A stretch of 64,000 bases of DNA from Tetramitus jugosus (lineage: Eukaryota; Protista; Heterolobosea). The stretch spans positions 186,001-250,000 of the forward strand of contig OW569394.1 of the NCBI GenBank assembly GCA_937625935.1. The letters are read 5' to 3'. Under the pieces are notes generated by a model. It saw nothing but the letters and a program-made list of their open reading frames with translations. It was not told the origin of the DNA and ran no database searches. The position numbers and the translations under genes were made by a program. The stretch's first letter is position 1. The number at the start of each line of letters is the position of its first letter. Of this stretch, positions 10,727-25,039 are shown one piece after another.

Positions 10727-13700
10727 ATGAGAGACAATGGTGGATCGATCAAGAGAGTCTATATGGTGGTTGTCCTTGTGTTGTCATTCTTGGGTGGAAT
10801 GATTTTTCTAAAAGTTGGTATGTAATCATTGTTGTTGTTGAACATGCCACAACTGTTGTTACCGATACGAACTCAATGATTGACCTCGTATGTCTGATAC
10901 GATTGGTTGGTTGGATTGAAAAAATGGATGAGTGTAGCTCTCGCAGAAGTACCTTCTTGTAACGGTGTTATAGCCAGTGATGCTTCTGTTTGTTCGGCTC
11001 ATGGTTTCTGTATCGCAAATGATACGTGCTTGTGTCATGATGGATATGATTTGCCAAATTGTGCCACGAGAGGATCAGGTCATGTGTTTTCATCAGGCAA
11101 TAACGCCTATAGACAGTTGGGAGATCCACTGTTTACGAGTTCAACCACTTCCACAATGATTCGAGTGGGAGATTATTTTGGTTTAATGAGAGTGGAAGTC
11201 ATCTCATCTGGTGATGGGTTCTCCCTGGCCCTCACAACAAAGGGCGAAGTGTTTGCATGGGGTGCGAATAATTATGGTCAGTTGGGACTTGGATTTACTT
11301 CTGCTTCTGAAGCTATTCCCTCCATTCTTAGAGGTGATTTGCAAAACAAGAGAATTGTTTCGATTTCTGCTTGTTTTTATCATGCATTGGCAGCTGATGT
11401 TGATGGAAATGTATACGCGTGGGGAACAAATGATGCAACAAATGGTGGGAAAGCTACTGCTGGATGGCTTGGTGTTCCTTCTGGAACCAATTACTACTCT
11501 CCAAAGAAGGTGAGTGGCCCTGCAGCATTTACAAACGTAATCAAAGTCAGGTGTGGAAAATATCATTCCGTTTCTTTAGGCTCGGACAGTACCATGTTTA
11601 CTTGGGGTGGAAGTTTAGACGGTCAATTAGGCAGTGGTGTTACTAGTTCTAGTGTATCTCCCATTAGAATATCAAAAACTTATGACGACACAGCTGCTCC
11701 GGTTATTTGGGTCGATGTTGCTTCTGGTGAGAGACACAATGTTGCCTTGGATGATAAGGGATTGGTGTGGACTTGGGGTGCTACCGATTTGGGGCAAACA
11801 GGTAACGGAGATACAGCAGCAATAACACAAACAATTCCTTTTCTTGTAACATCTGTATCATCGATTATTGGAGTGGCTGCTTCCGCAAGTTCCACATATG
11901 CATTCAAGAATGATGGTCAAATGTACTCGTGGGGATCCAATAGCAGCGGTGAGCTTGGCAATTCAAGTGTAGCAACATTAACAGCTTCACCTGTTTTGGT
12001 GACCATGATGTCTAGTATCAAGTCTGTAGTTTCTGGATTTTCTGCTACTAATATTTACGCAATCGCTTCAGACTCTACTGTCTATTCTTGGGGGAATAAT
12101 GCCAATGGGCAATTTGGTATTGGATCAGTGGAAACGAAACATACTTCCCCAAAAGTAATTAGTGCTCCCTATCTTGCCAGCACTATTACCAAGATAACTC
12201 CAGGATCTACACATTCGATGTATCTTATTGATTCCTCGATTTGTTTTTCACTATTTCAAAAGGATCCTTTGGTTTGCTCAGGTCATGGTAATTGTACATC
12301 GAATGATGTTTGTCAATGTCAGAATGGGTATACCGGGCTTGATTGTAGTTTGCCCTATTGCTTTGGCAAGAATGCATCAGATAACATGGTTTGCTCTGGA
12401 CATGGACAATGCTTAACAATTGATACTTGTTTGTGTCATCAAGGTTATTCAGGTCAGAATTGTGAAAAGAAAGATGAAGGTTTCCTTTATGCTTCCGGCG
12501 ATAATAGTTTTGGACAATTGGCAGATAACTTGGGAAGGACTGGCGTGTCCAGAATGATTCCTGTTAGTGCTTCTGCATTTGCTGGAGTACACATCAACTC
12601 TGTTGCATCTGGCATGTCTTACTCTTTGATTTTGCTGGTCAATGGCACACTCTTTTCAGTTGGAAAGAATGATTATGGTCAGTTGGGAGATGGATCAACC
12701 ACACCAAGAAGTAACCCAGTGAAAGTTGGAGCATTCAACGGACCTATTCTAACTATGTGCGCAGGGTTAACTCATTCATTGGTTGTTGATGAAACAGGAA
12801 GTGTTTGGTCGTTTGGAGACAATAGTTATGGTCAATTGGGCACTGGCAACACTGCTCAAACATCCACGCCAGTTAAAATAGGAGGTGCTCTCACGAGTGA
12901 ACGAGTTGTTTCTGTGGCATGTGGCTCATATCATAGCGTTGCTCTTCTCAACAATGGAACTGTTCTTGCATGGGGAAGAAATCACTTCGGGCAGTTGGGA
13001 GATGGCACAACTGCGCAAAAGACAATTCCTCAGACTGTTTTATTGACTGGATTATTTTACAAAAGAAGAGTGGCAGCAATTGCAGCAGGAGGATCATTCA
13101 CGATGGTGATTGCAGATGATGGAACGCTGTATCGTTGGGGTGAAAACTCTGTTGGTCAACTGGGTGATGGCACACTAAACACAGCAACACGTGCCATTGC
13201 GTTAAACACAGGAGTACTGGCATCAAAGAGAGTGACGGGAATTGCTGCCAGCAGTTATTCATCACATGTAATAGCTGATGGTCTTCTCCACTCATCTGGG
13301 TATAATGTAAATGGTCAACTTGGAATTGGCTCAATAACAAACGCATTAAGTTTCCAGAAAGTGGCTGTCCCTCTTTCGAACAAAATTGTATCCAAGATAT
13401 TTGCTGGAGTTTGTAATTCTCAGACTCATGTCAGTGCAATCTCTGCTTCTCTTGCCTATGTTTGGGGAAATAACAATTTTGGTCAATTGGGAGATGGAAC
13501 AAGCATTCAACGAACATCTCCAGTTAACTATCACATTTATTTTCCTGATCGACAAGTTTTAAGCATGGCAGTGGGATGTGTTCATACATTGATTGTGTAT
13601 GATCTTGCCAAATCTTGCTATGGAGTGTTAGCGGATGAACCATCTGTTTGCTCCCATCATGGAAATTGTAGCACCTTTGATCAATGTTTATGCGAAGAGG

Positions 13701-16700
13701 GATACAGTGGATTAACTTGTGATTACTTTGAGTGCCATGGAATTGCAAGAGATAATTCTTCTGTTTGTTCTGGGAGAGGAGTGTGCGCAGGAGTGGATGT
13801 GTGCTTGTGCAATCCAGGATACTCTGGCTCGAATTGCGAGAAAGAAGTGCGCGGAATCGCTTATTCAATTGGTCAACAATCCAATGGTGTATTGGCGAAT
13901 GATGATGTGCCTTCCGTGGGTTATTCACAGATTCCTCTGTTGGTTGGTGGCCTTTTGACAAAGGTTATCGTGACCAAAGTTGATGGAGGAGACTTTTTTT
14001 CAATTGCACTCTCTAAAGTTGGTGATTTATATTCATGGGGATCCATCAATAACAATGATAGACCTCAAAAGATATCAAGCAATGTGCTTGATTGTTGTGC
14101 TGGTGTTGGCCGAGTGGTTGCCATCAAGAAGGATGGCACTGTTCAAACTTGGGGTTCAAATGGGCTCACCACATCACCGTTATTCGATAGTGGTGAAATT
14201 CCAAAGTCGGTCGCATGTGGAGCATATCATACATTGATTCTGACAAATTTTGGAACAGTCTACTCTTTTGGTTATGGCGGATTTGGCCAGTTAGGAGTAG
14301 GATCGACATCAAACCTTGCAATTGCTCAGAAAGTATTAGGGTTAACCAACATTGCACAAGTTGCCGCGGGTGATTATCACTCACTTGCTTTGGGAACGTA
14401 TGGAGAAGTGTATTCTTGGGGACGAAATAGTATGGGCCAATTAGCCGATACCACATTAGCGGATAAAAATGTTCCCGTTCTGGCAACAGGAGCTATCACC
14501 ACAGAATTAATTGTGCATATCTCTGCGTCTGTCCAGAGCTCGTTCGCCGTGACGAACAAGGGTCAAGTTTATTCATGGGGAAGTAACACGAATGGAATAT
14601 TGGGTGACTCTTCAGCAGGTACATCCAGACCATTGCCTGGATTGGTTAAGAACATCGATGATGTGCACCTTAAAGCATTATATCCCAGCAGGATCACTTC
14701 TTGGGTCACTGGTATCAATGAAACGGGTGCTGGATACTCGTGGGGAATCAACACATTCTCTCAGTTGGGAGATAAGAGCATGACAACAAGAGAGCAACCA
14801 GTGAAGCAAGTGGTGAATGAAAACTATCCCTCCACATATTTGGTAGGTGTTGGAGCGGGTAGTACACATTCACTTCTCTTGTTGAACGGAACAATTTGCT
14901 ATGGCATATTGGCAGATGATGAATTGGTGTGCAATTGGAGAGGAACATGTGTTGATGAGGATCGATGTGCTTGTGATTCTGGTTATTATGGAAATGAATG
15001 TGAGCTGACAACATGCTTCGATATTCCTTCCAATAGCTCAACTGTTTGTTCTGGAAGTGGAACGTGCATTGCACATGATATTTGTTCTTGCATTGATTCT
15101 TTCGCTGGCAGTAATTGTGAAAAACCAGTGATGGGATATATTTATGGAGCAGGAGAGAATAGTGGTGGGCAACTTGGAGATGATTTGCAGATTGATCGTT
15201 CAATTCTTGTGACAACTTCGTTGCCACTTTCCACTGACAAGTATGTGAAGTTTTTGTCTGCAGGGTTGGATTTTTCGCTTGCTATCACGCGAGAGGGAGA
15301 GTTGTACACTTGGGGTTCAGATTTTTATTATTACGGCTCCGTCAATGGCTTTGGGAGAATCCAAAGAATCCGCCCAATTTTGAAATCTAACCTGAAGTTT
15401 GTTTCTGGTTCAGCTGCACAATATCACGCTGTTGCAGTGACTGATGGTGGAACAGTTTATTCTTGGGGTTGCAACACTCTTTCATGTGACACAGACTATG
15501 ACTACCAACAAAGAAGGACAAATATTTATGGTAACTATTATTGGACTTCTGAAACAGCAAAATGCACAGAAACACAATGTTGTGTGGACTATGTATCAGT
15601 CAGTTGTACTTTCAATCCAACAATACTTGGATATTTGGGGTTAGGTTCATCATATTTCTTCAGCGCTACACCTCGAGAAGTCACTGGAATGACTGGAAAA
15701 GCAGTTTCGGTATCCTGCGGATTGTATCATTGCTTGGTGTTAATGTCGAGTGGAGCAGTATGGGCATGGGGTGACAACACTTATGGTCAGTTGGGAAATG
15801 GTGGTTTTGGCACAAATGTCAGATCTTTTATTCCAGTACGAGTGGCACCCTCATTAGCATCAGGTGGAACTCTGAGTGATGTGAAAATCATTGCAATTTC
15901 TGCTGGCTCCTACCACAGCATGGCCCTCAGCTCCATGGGTGAAGTATTTGTGTGGGGTAGCAATGCAAATGGTCAAATTGGAGATGACCTTGTTCGAAGT
16001 CCCAACTTGAGTCGATTCCCAAAGAAGATTGTGAAGTCTCCATTGTACAGAATTCCAATCAAATCCATCAGTGCTGGAACATCTTCTTCTTTTGTGATTG
16101 GTTCAAATAATAGTGTGTTTGCATGGGGAAGCAACACAAATTATCAGTTGGGTATCAATTCAACAGTCACACAGACCTCAACTCCAGTTGCCTTGAACAA
16201 TCAAATGCCCATCAATACAATGTCATCGAGCAGATTTGGAAGTGATTTTGTGATTGCAGGAGATTTGGATGGAGATGGATTTGGTTGGGGATTGGGAAGC
16301 AATTATCAATTGTTGAATGGAGTGACTGACAAAATCATTACACCACAACCCACACTGAAACTTTATGCCAATCCAGTGACACAAACATACACGAACAGAT
16401 CGATTGTTGCAGTGGCTGCTGGCACTCAACACTCTCTTTTCCTGCTCAATGGAACATTCTGTTTCGGTTTATTCTCGGATGATCCTTTTGTCTGTTCATG
16501 GAGAGGTGAATGTGTTGCAACTGACACATGCACTTGTCAACCTGATTACTTTGGTCACGATTGTGGCTTGACCACTTGTTTTGGAGTCAATTCCACTGAT
16601 CCAACTGTCTGTTCTGGTTTTGGTGAATGTGTTGCGCATGATTCATGCTCATGTGCAACTGGATACACTGGGAAGAATTGCGGTGTTTGGTTGTTTGGTG

Positions 16701-19700
16701 AAAGCTATTCAATTGGTGCCAATTCAGATGGTCAATTGGGATATGATTACTATCTTGATCAATCAACTCTCACAAGAACATCATATCCACTTTCATATGG
16801 TGAACATGTCCAATTGATTGAAGCTGGTGTGGATTTCACTGTTGCAGTTTCCAGAACGAACAAGTTGTTTGTCTGGGGAAAGAACAGTTTTTACAACTTG
16901 GGAACAGGAATGACCACAGATTCATTGAGACCTTTTCAACTTCTCTCTGATCGCAGCATTGTCAGTGCTTGTGCAGGAAAGTATCATGGTGTTGCTGTTG
17001 ATTCTCTCGGAAATGTATTCTCTTGGGGAAGCAACACTCAAGATGGACGAGTGACATGTCCACTTGGTACTCCTGCCAGTACTTCCTATTGCTCTGAAAC
17101 AAGTTGCTCATGTAATCCTTATACATATCCACCAATAATAGGATATCTGGGATTGGGAGGCTCTTACTACTTTTCCGCAACTCCAAAACAAGTTTCACTC
17201 AGTGCTCAAATTGTTTCAGTAAGTTGTGGAGCTTCACATACAATAGCACTATCTTCATCAGGAAAGTTGTATGCTTGGGGAGAAGGTTCAAAGGGTCAAT
17301 TGGGAATTGGAAATTGGGCGAATTCACTTTCTCCAGTTGCGGTTGCAGCCAGCAGTCCAATTCGAAACATCTTCTCCAATGTCAAAGTCGTTCAAGTTTC
17401 CACCGGTCTCTATCATAGCATTGCTCTGGGAAACAAAGGTGATGTTTACACTTGGGGTGACAACAGTAGAGGGCAATTGGGTCACGGAACAACAACAGGC
17501 AGCCGACCTCCTATTCAAGTGTTTGCAACAGTACTTGGTCTGCCAGTCATTCAAGTTGTCGCAGGAGATTATTCATCCTATGTGTTGACATCAGATGGTC
17601 AAATTTATTCATGGGGTGACAATTCAGTTGGCCAACTGGGAATTGACAGTACCGTTGCGTTAGTCTCCATTCCAACACATGTATCAAGTTTAGCTGGTGC
17701 GAGTATCGTTTCTATTGCGACAAGTTCAAGCACAGTGATTGCCATTGCATCAAATGGAACAGCTTATTCATGGGGACTCAATACTAATTCTCAGGCAAAT
17801 GATGGATCGATCACATCAAAGAGAGCGCCAACACTTGTTGTGAGTCCTTATCCAACGAGGAAGATTGTTGCTGCAACAACGGGAAATATTTTCAGTGTTT
17901 TGGTTTTGAACACCACTTATTGCTTTGGATATCCGATGGATGATGTGATGGCTTGTTCAACTCGGGGAAACTGCACAGACACAGATACATGTGTGTGTGC
18001 CACCAATTACTTTGGAATTGCATGTCAATTCACAAATTGTTTTGGATTGAACAACACAAACTTGGATGTTTGTTCTGGTCATGGGTCATGTATTGATCAT
18101 GATACTTGTCAATGCTCAATTGGTTTCGCTGGCAAATACTGTCATCAGCCAGTGTTTGGTTCACTTCGAACAATTGGAAACAATAATTATGGTCAATTGG
18201 GAGATGATTACACAATAGCAAGGACTGAGTTGACGAAAACGTATCAATCATTGGCCGATGGAACTCTTGTTCAACAAATCAGCTCAGGCGTTGATACATC
18301 ATTTGGGATCACTATTTCTGGGGAACTATTTTCATGGGGTTATGGTACTTCAAAACTCTTTCCAAGTAGAATACTCTCATCAAAGCAAGTTGTGAGTGTT
18401 TGTAGGGGATCCTATCATAGTGCAGCAGTGACAAGCTCTGGTGAAGTGTATTCTTGGGGAGTGAGTACAATGGATGGAACAACAAATACTGCTTCAATAA
18501 TTGCAGGTCAATTGGGAATTGGCTCTTCCAAGTACAGTTACGCACCGACAATAGTATCGGGATTATTGGGAACACCAATTACAGTGGCATGCGGTCACGT
18601 GCACACATTAGTTTTGACAAAAGAAGGATATGTGTTCGGTTTTGGTGATGATGAAACATATGGAGCAGTTGGTTATGGTTTGGTACGAAAGGAAACGATA
18701 CCTGTTCGCGTTGGTGCAAGCAGTCCAATCAAAGGCATTCTTTCAGAAGTCAAAATTGTTGCCATTGCAGCAGGTCAGTATCACAGCATGGCACTTGGAA
18801 GCAGAGGTGAAGTGTACACTTGGGGAGACAATAGCAAAGGTCAATTGGGAGATGCTTCAACAATTAATAATCGACACCCAAGACAAGTGATGAATCAACT
18901 GTTTGGGAAGAGCGCGATTCAGATTGCCGCAGGAACAAGATCCTCCTATGCCATCGCTTCTGATGGAACTCTGTTCTCATGGGGAGAAAATGACAAAGGC
19001 CAGTTGGGAATCAATTCAACAATCGACCAAAATATTCCCACTGTTGTGCAAGGAGTTGAGAAAGTCATGAGCATATCAGCTGGCACATGGAGCAAGTATG
19101 CGTTGGTGGTCACACGAAACGGCACAGCATTCGGGTTTGGAGATAACACTTTTAACAAGATTGGTGATGGAACAAGTATCAGCAGATTATCTCCTTCACA
19201 AGTGTTGAATCCATATGAATCAAGTTTTTTCGTGGCAGCAGAAGCATCATCTTCTCATTCCATGTTTCTTCTGAATGGAACATTTTGTTTTGGAATCTTA
19301 TCTGATGATGAGAGTGTTTGTTCAACAAGAGGAACTTGTGTCTCAAGTGATCATTGTATTTGTGAGAAAGGATATATTGGTGCTGATTGCAGCACTTTCA
19401 ATGTGTGCTTTGGTTTGAATCAATCAGATAGCAATGTGTGCTCTGGCCATGGAGTGTGTGTAGCGACAGATACATGTATTTGTGAAGCGGAGTGGTATGG
19501 TGAGAATTGTCAAAGTTGGAATTGTTTCAACCAGTCGTCAAATGATTCTACCGTGTGTTCCTCTCGTGGTCAGTGTGTAGCGCCAGAAGTTTGTAACTGT
19601 ACGAGAGGATACACTGGAGACAACTGCCAATATATCATGTGTCTTGGCAGGAATACTTCTGATCCATTGGTGTGTAGTGGAAACGGAAGATGTGTTTCTC

Positions 19701-22700
19701 CAGATGTATGTTTATGCGACTCTATTCCTAGTCCTGGATATACAGGAGGAAATTGCAGTTATCCTATTTGCTATAGCAGATACGTCGAAACTGTGTTCAC
19801 AGCTCCAACTGCATCCGTTGATTCAGTATTGGACACCAGTATGGACTGTTCTGGACATGGTAGATGCGTCGCTCCTGGAATATGCAATTGCACAACTGGA
19901 TATGTTGATGCCTATTGCAGCACTCCGATCTGCTTCGGTTTGAATTCTTCAGATCCTGGGTCATGTAATAATGGCAAAGACGGAGTATGTGTTGCTCCCA
20001 ACAATTGTACTTGTTCTTCAAAAGTAGACAAAGACGGTAACTGTTTATTATCGACATGCTTTGGGAGAAGTTATACAACTACTCCTCCATGCAGCTCTCA
20101 TCTTGGACAAGGCAACTGCCTCGATTTTGATCTTTGTGTTTGTACCCATGGATATGGCGGTTTAGAATGTGAACAAAATATCTGCAACGGTATACTTGAA
20201 GAGAATACCACGCAAGTATGCCATGGAAGGGGTCACTGCTATCAACCTGATCGCTGTATGTGCCAATCTGGTTACAACGGAACAGATTGCGAATATGTAA
20301 ACTGTTTTGGAAGATTAGATGTAGATCCCTCTGTGTGCTCTGGGCATGGTGTTTGCGGTTCACCAAATGTATGCACATGTGACAATGGTTATGCTGGTAG
20401 GGAATGTCAGCATTCAATATGTTATGGATTGATCTCAAACAACACAAATGTCTGCTCTAATCATGGGGAGTGCGTGTCGCCAGACACCTGTGAGTGTGAT
20501 TATGGATATTATGGGAAGAGTTGTCATCTAGTGATGTGTTTCAGAGTTAATGAAACCGATCCGTCAGCTTGTTCATCTAGTGGTTCATGTATTGGTGTTG
20601 ATCAGTGCGATTGTGTTGCTGGTCGTGCTGGCGATATGTGCCAACTTCACATGTGTTTCTCCAGAAATGAAACTGACCCACTTGTTTGTTCTGGAAATGG
20701 GAATTGCGTGTCAATTAATGAATGTCATTGTTTTAAAGGATGGACTGGTTTTGATTGCTCTCTCATAGATGCTTTAACAACAGCGAATATTTCTTCAAAA
20801 GAACATATTGAATATTGTGACGACATTGTTCTCGTCGCTTCAACAAACAAGAATGTTGAACAATACATATGGTCAATGGTTGCTGGAAGCAATCAAAATC
20901 AAATCAACGGATGGTTAAAACAATTTTATCTCAACTCTTCTGTGACGATTCCATTTGTGATGTTAAATGGTTCAGAGTTTAAGTTCCAAGTTATTGTTAA
21001 GGATGGCGTAAAAGTCAGTGAACCTTCATTTATAACCATTACAAGACAAACAAGAACAATGCTTGGTGTATCTATAGGTGAATCTCTCGTTCATGCCCGA
21101 ATTGGGCGAGCAAATGTAATTGATGCGCATGTTGAACCTGTTAGTTGTATGATTGGTCAAAATATCTCTTTCGAATGGAAACAAATTCAGGGTCGTCCAT
21201 TCGAATTCACAGCCAATCACAAAAGTTTAATAATACCCTCTCATTCGTTTGTAGAACTTGGTTCAGGCGCACAGATCGAGAGTTTTACTTTCTCATTCTC
21301 TGCAAAATCGATATTTTACGAGGAATATGCTACTGTTACTATCAAGCCGATGAATACTCCACTGACTGCGTTCATTCAGGGCGGAAATCGACGACTTTTA
21401 CAATCAGGAGAAATTGTGCTAGATGGAAGGTACTCCATTGATCCTGACAATACAAAAGAAGAATCAGAGTACTTCTGGTATTGCTTGAGAATGAATGATC
21501 AATTGTTGATGCGCTTTCCGAATCATATCAACACAAATCTACCGATTCTTACGCTTCCCCAAGGATCACTACCAATTGGTGTCTATCAAATGTATCTTAA
21601 CTTTACAAAAGCTCACCGAACAGACTCTCGCTCAGTTACAATCGAAATACTTCCCAACAGTATTCCAAACCTCCAGGTTCTCGTACTGACAGATGACATT
21701 TATGTTCCGAATAGAGCAAAGCAGATTCTGATACGATCTCTTGTCAAGGATCATCGGGGAAAACTTCAATACAATTGGTCAGAATTGACCAAGCAACTAA
21801 TGTTGTCAGACAAAACAACTGCAACTCATCCTGGATCTCCAAATTTGATCATACGTGAGAACACTCTGCAGCCAGGTCTAAATTATACTTTTCAACTCAT
21901 AGTATCTGATGTCACGGGAGCCAAAGGGAATTCCTCAGTAACGTTGTATGTTCGAAGAATGCCAACAGCTGGAAAATTGAATGTGGAGACGAGTAATCGA
22001 ACGACTGATGTAGATGAATATCACTTATCAGCAACTGATTTCTGGGCTCAGGATGGATTGCTCAAATATTCCTTCGGATATTATGATGAGGAAACTCCTC
22101 ATCAGATATTTATACCACTCCAAGATAGACCCTCATTGATCAACAGTATCAATACAACACTTCCTTCTCCGAAAAGTGGTACACTACTGATCTCTGTTCG
22201 AGTGTACGATTGGTACGATGCGATGGTTGAAGTGAACAAGCGAGTTAATATTTCCAACATTGCATTTTCGAAAGCTAGATTGGAACGGACAATGGCAGTA
22301 TTTCGGTCTGATATCAATGGAGAAGGTAATACTCGTGAATTAATCACTACAAAAGCCTTCACGATTCTTACTACCTTGAATAACCAGAAAAATATGACGG
22401 AGGAAACTACTACGGAGGCAGTAAAAATGAAGGAAAACTTGGCTGTCTTGTTAAGTACAGTTTCAATCGATAGAGATATGATCACTGAGGAATCATTGCA
22501 ACAGCAATCAACCCTCTGTAATTTATTAACTTCTGATCCTTCCCAAACTTCGAGGTCTCTGCTTTCCTCTGCTATATCTTACATTCAAAAGGTCAATACT
22601 GATCTTCAACAGAACTTTTTGTTTGATACTATCCGCGCGTTGAGCACATGTTCCTCCAATGTATTCAAAGGACTTTCCGTTGTCGGAAACGATACTGTAA

Positions 22701-25039
22701 TGTCTGAGATTGGTCCGTTGTATAGGAAGAATTTTAATGTGGTCGAAAATTTGAGTGACAACGTCCTTAAAAACATTGTTAGGGGGACAGTGTTACAAAT
22801 CTTGGAAACAGATTCCTTTTCCGCTGCAATTTATAGAGATGATGTTAGTTCTATTGTGAATCAAGTGATACAAGTGGAAGGAAACGTCAATGGCTTGCAT
22901 ACCTCAGTGTCTCTCCCTTTCTCTTTTACTGCTGCCAGCCAATCAGCAACATTCCAAGAAAACAGCACAGATGATGTTGGTGTAAAAGTCCTTCTTGGTC
23001 CATCTCCGTATCAAGACTTTATGTCAAGCCAAAATATCACCTCTCCCGTGTTGTCACTTACGTTCGAACAGGGAAGTACCAGGCCTGAGGTAAAGGACTT
23101 GACCTATCCCATCATTTTTAGCATTCCAATTCCGTCTCCTGGTTTAGATATGAAGACCTTGAACAGAAATGAATCTCAAAGAGGGTTTAGACCGTTTTGT
23201 AAGTTCTGGGATGAGAAGATTCTAGGATGGAAAACTAACGGTTGCCGAATGATCGATTTTAATGAAACATTCGTAACATGTGCGTGCAATCATACAACCA
23301 ATTTTGCAGCATTTATTGAATTCGCTATCCCTAGTCTCCAATTTCTAGATGCTCAAGATTTCCGTAACATTACTAAGCTGAACAAGGATAACATGGCAAC
23401 TGTTATATTGATGGCTTCTCTTGCATTGGGCTACATTGTGTTGGTCATATTAATGAATATTTATAACTTTGTTAAGTGGAAATTTGCTCTTGCTATGAAG
23501 AAGACTTTGCAGGACGCAAAGAACTCTCGATATACCCATGATGGGAGAACAGAGGAGAAATCAAAAGGAAGATTCAGAGTCATCATCTTCTCCTTTTTGT
23601 CAGAACATCCTTACTTGGCATTCTTCATGGGACCAGAAAACAGCTTTGGGAAAATTCGGAGACTAACTATTATCTATGCCGGTATTTTGGGTATATTTAC
23701 GGGTAATGCAATTACTTTTGGAACAGAAATTGAGAATGGAGTTCAATTCTTGGTCAGTTCAGTTGTGAGTGAAATAATTTCAGCTCCTTTCGTGATGTTC
23801 TTTACAATGCTATTTGTGAGCACAAAAGCACTGCCCTCTTTTAAGAAAGAAGTCAAAGTGGATACCGTAGATACAGCGCCTCCTACATTTGGATATTGTC
23901 AACCAACCAACTATCCAAAAAATTCAAGATTCCACGGAGTCTTTACCCCTGATTCTCTGGATCCAGTTCCAACTGTGTTGCCTCCTCAAAATCGTCGCCT
24001 TTCAAAGCTTCGAAAACAACTTGTGAGAGCTCTGTCGAAAGTTCTTGACTTTGGAGATTCAATAACCAATGCTGTATTGACTCGATCTCGAGCATTCTTG
24101 GATCGGATCACTTGGCAAGGGGCAATCATTATTTGCTTCATTTCGTTGATATATGGAGGCTGTGTTGTTGGTGTAATGTTCCTATTTCAATGGAACTTTG
24201 GAAGCTGGTTCAACGCAGATTATCAATTTGGATTGGGAACTCTGTTTGTAGTTGCCTATTTTGTATTTTTGGAAGTGTCGTACATCCGAATACGATATAG
24301 GAAGTTTGTAAATAGAGATGTATTGCAATGGCGTCCCAAATTGCGTTCATTTGGAATAATGAGTTTAATTGGTCTAAGTTTCTTAGTGTTAGCATGTGGA
24401 CTGATTCCTGTGTTGATTCTAGTGACACCAAGCATTCGACACCCATGGTTCCTCAGAGTGCTCTTTATCGAGCTCGGAATTGTAGTTATTGCTCTCTCTA
24501 CATTTGTATTCATGTTTGTGTTGTCATGGAATTTGACTCACTCAAGTGTCGTGGATGATGAATCACCTCGTCCTAAGTCAACATGGTATGAACTTGACTC
24601 TGTGAGTTCCGAGTTTATTGGGACCAAATCTCAACGAATTATTGATGAACAGAAGAGAGGAACAAATCAGTGCATGTCTGACGACGCGAGCAACACGAAT
24701 GTCAAAAGAAAATCATTCCTCAAGCATCTGAGCGATTGGTGGAATGCTGATTATTGGTTCCCATGGCCATGTCTCATCCTCTGGTACATGTTATTTGCGA
24801 TATATATCTTTGGTTGCTCGTTTGTGTTGGTTCTCTATGGAATTAAGTTTGACCAGCAAACATCAGGGTGGTTGTTGGGTTGCGGCAGTGGAGTTGCACA
24901 AGATATATTTGTCAAACCAGTCATTGAATTCGTAGTGCACAATGTTGTGTACGTTGCCATCCTTGAATGTTTGGCAGGAATGTTCTTGAACAAAAGAGTC
25001 AGATTTGACCACGGACCCAAAGTTACCGAACGAGAATGA
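10727..25039 (+). CDS. Giant polycystin-1-like receptor: signal peptide, 6 RCC1-repeat propellers, 23 EGF-like repeats, REJ-like region, GAIN/GPS, ~9 TM; join(10727..10817,10938..25039)
   Basis: Exon 1 MRDNGGSIKRVYMVVVLVLSFLGGMIFLKV, phase-1 GTATGT..AG intron (alternative in-phase acceptor at 10946). Repeated WGxNxxGQLG and CSGHGxC..CxC..GYxGxxC motifs. GPS CKFWDEKILGWKTNGC..CACNHTTNF at ~23190-23310. PKD1-like EHPYLAFF..FGKIRRL and FPWPC..YGIKF..GWLL TM motifs. Confidence 0.9.

Noticed and set aside
10907-10937. ORF-track start MVGLKKWMSV of the 4710-aa ORF
   Set aside because: Non-ATG start inside the inferred intron; the upstream signal-peptide exon and the paralog support ATG 10727.
10977-25020. 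Many short overlapping and antisense ORFs within the giant gene
   Set aside because: Shadow frames of a long repetitive CDS with no independent motifs.
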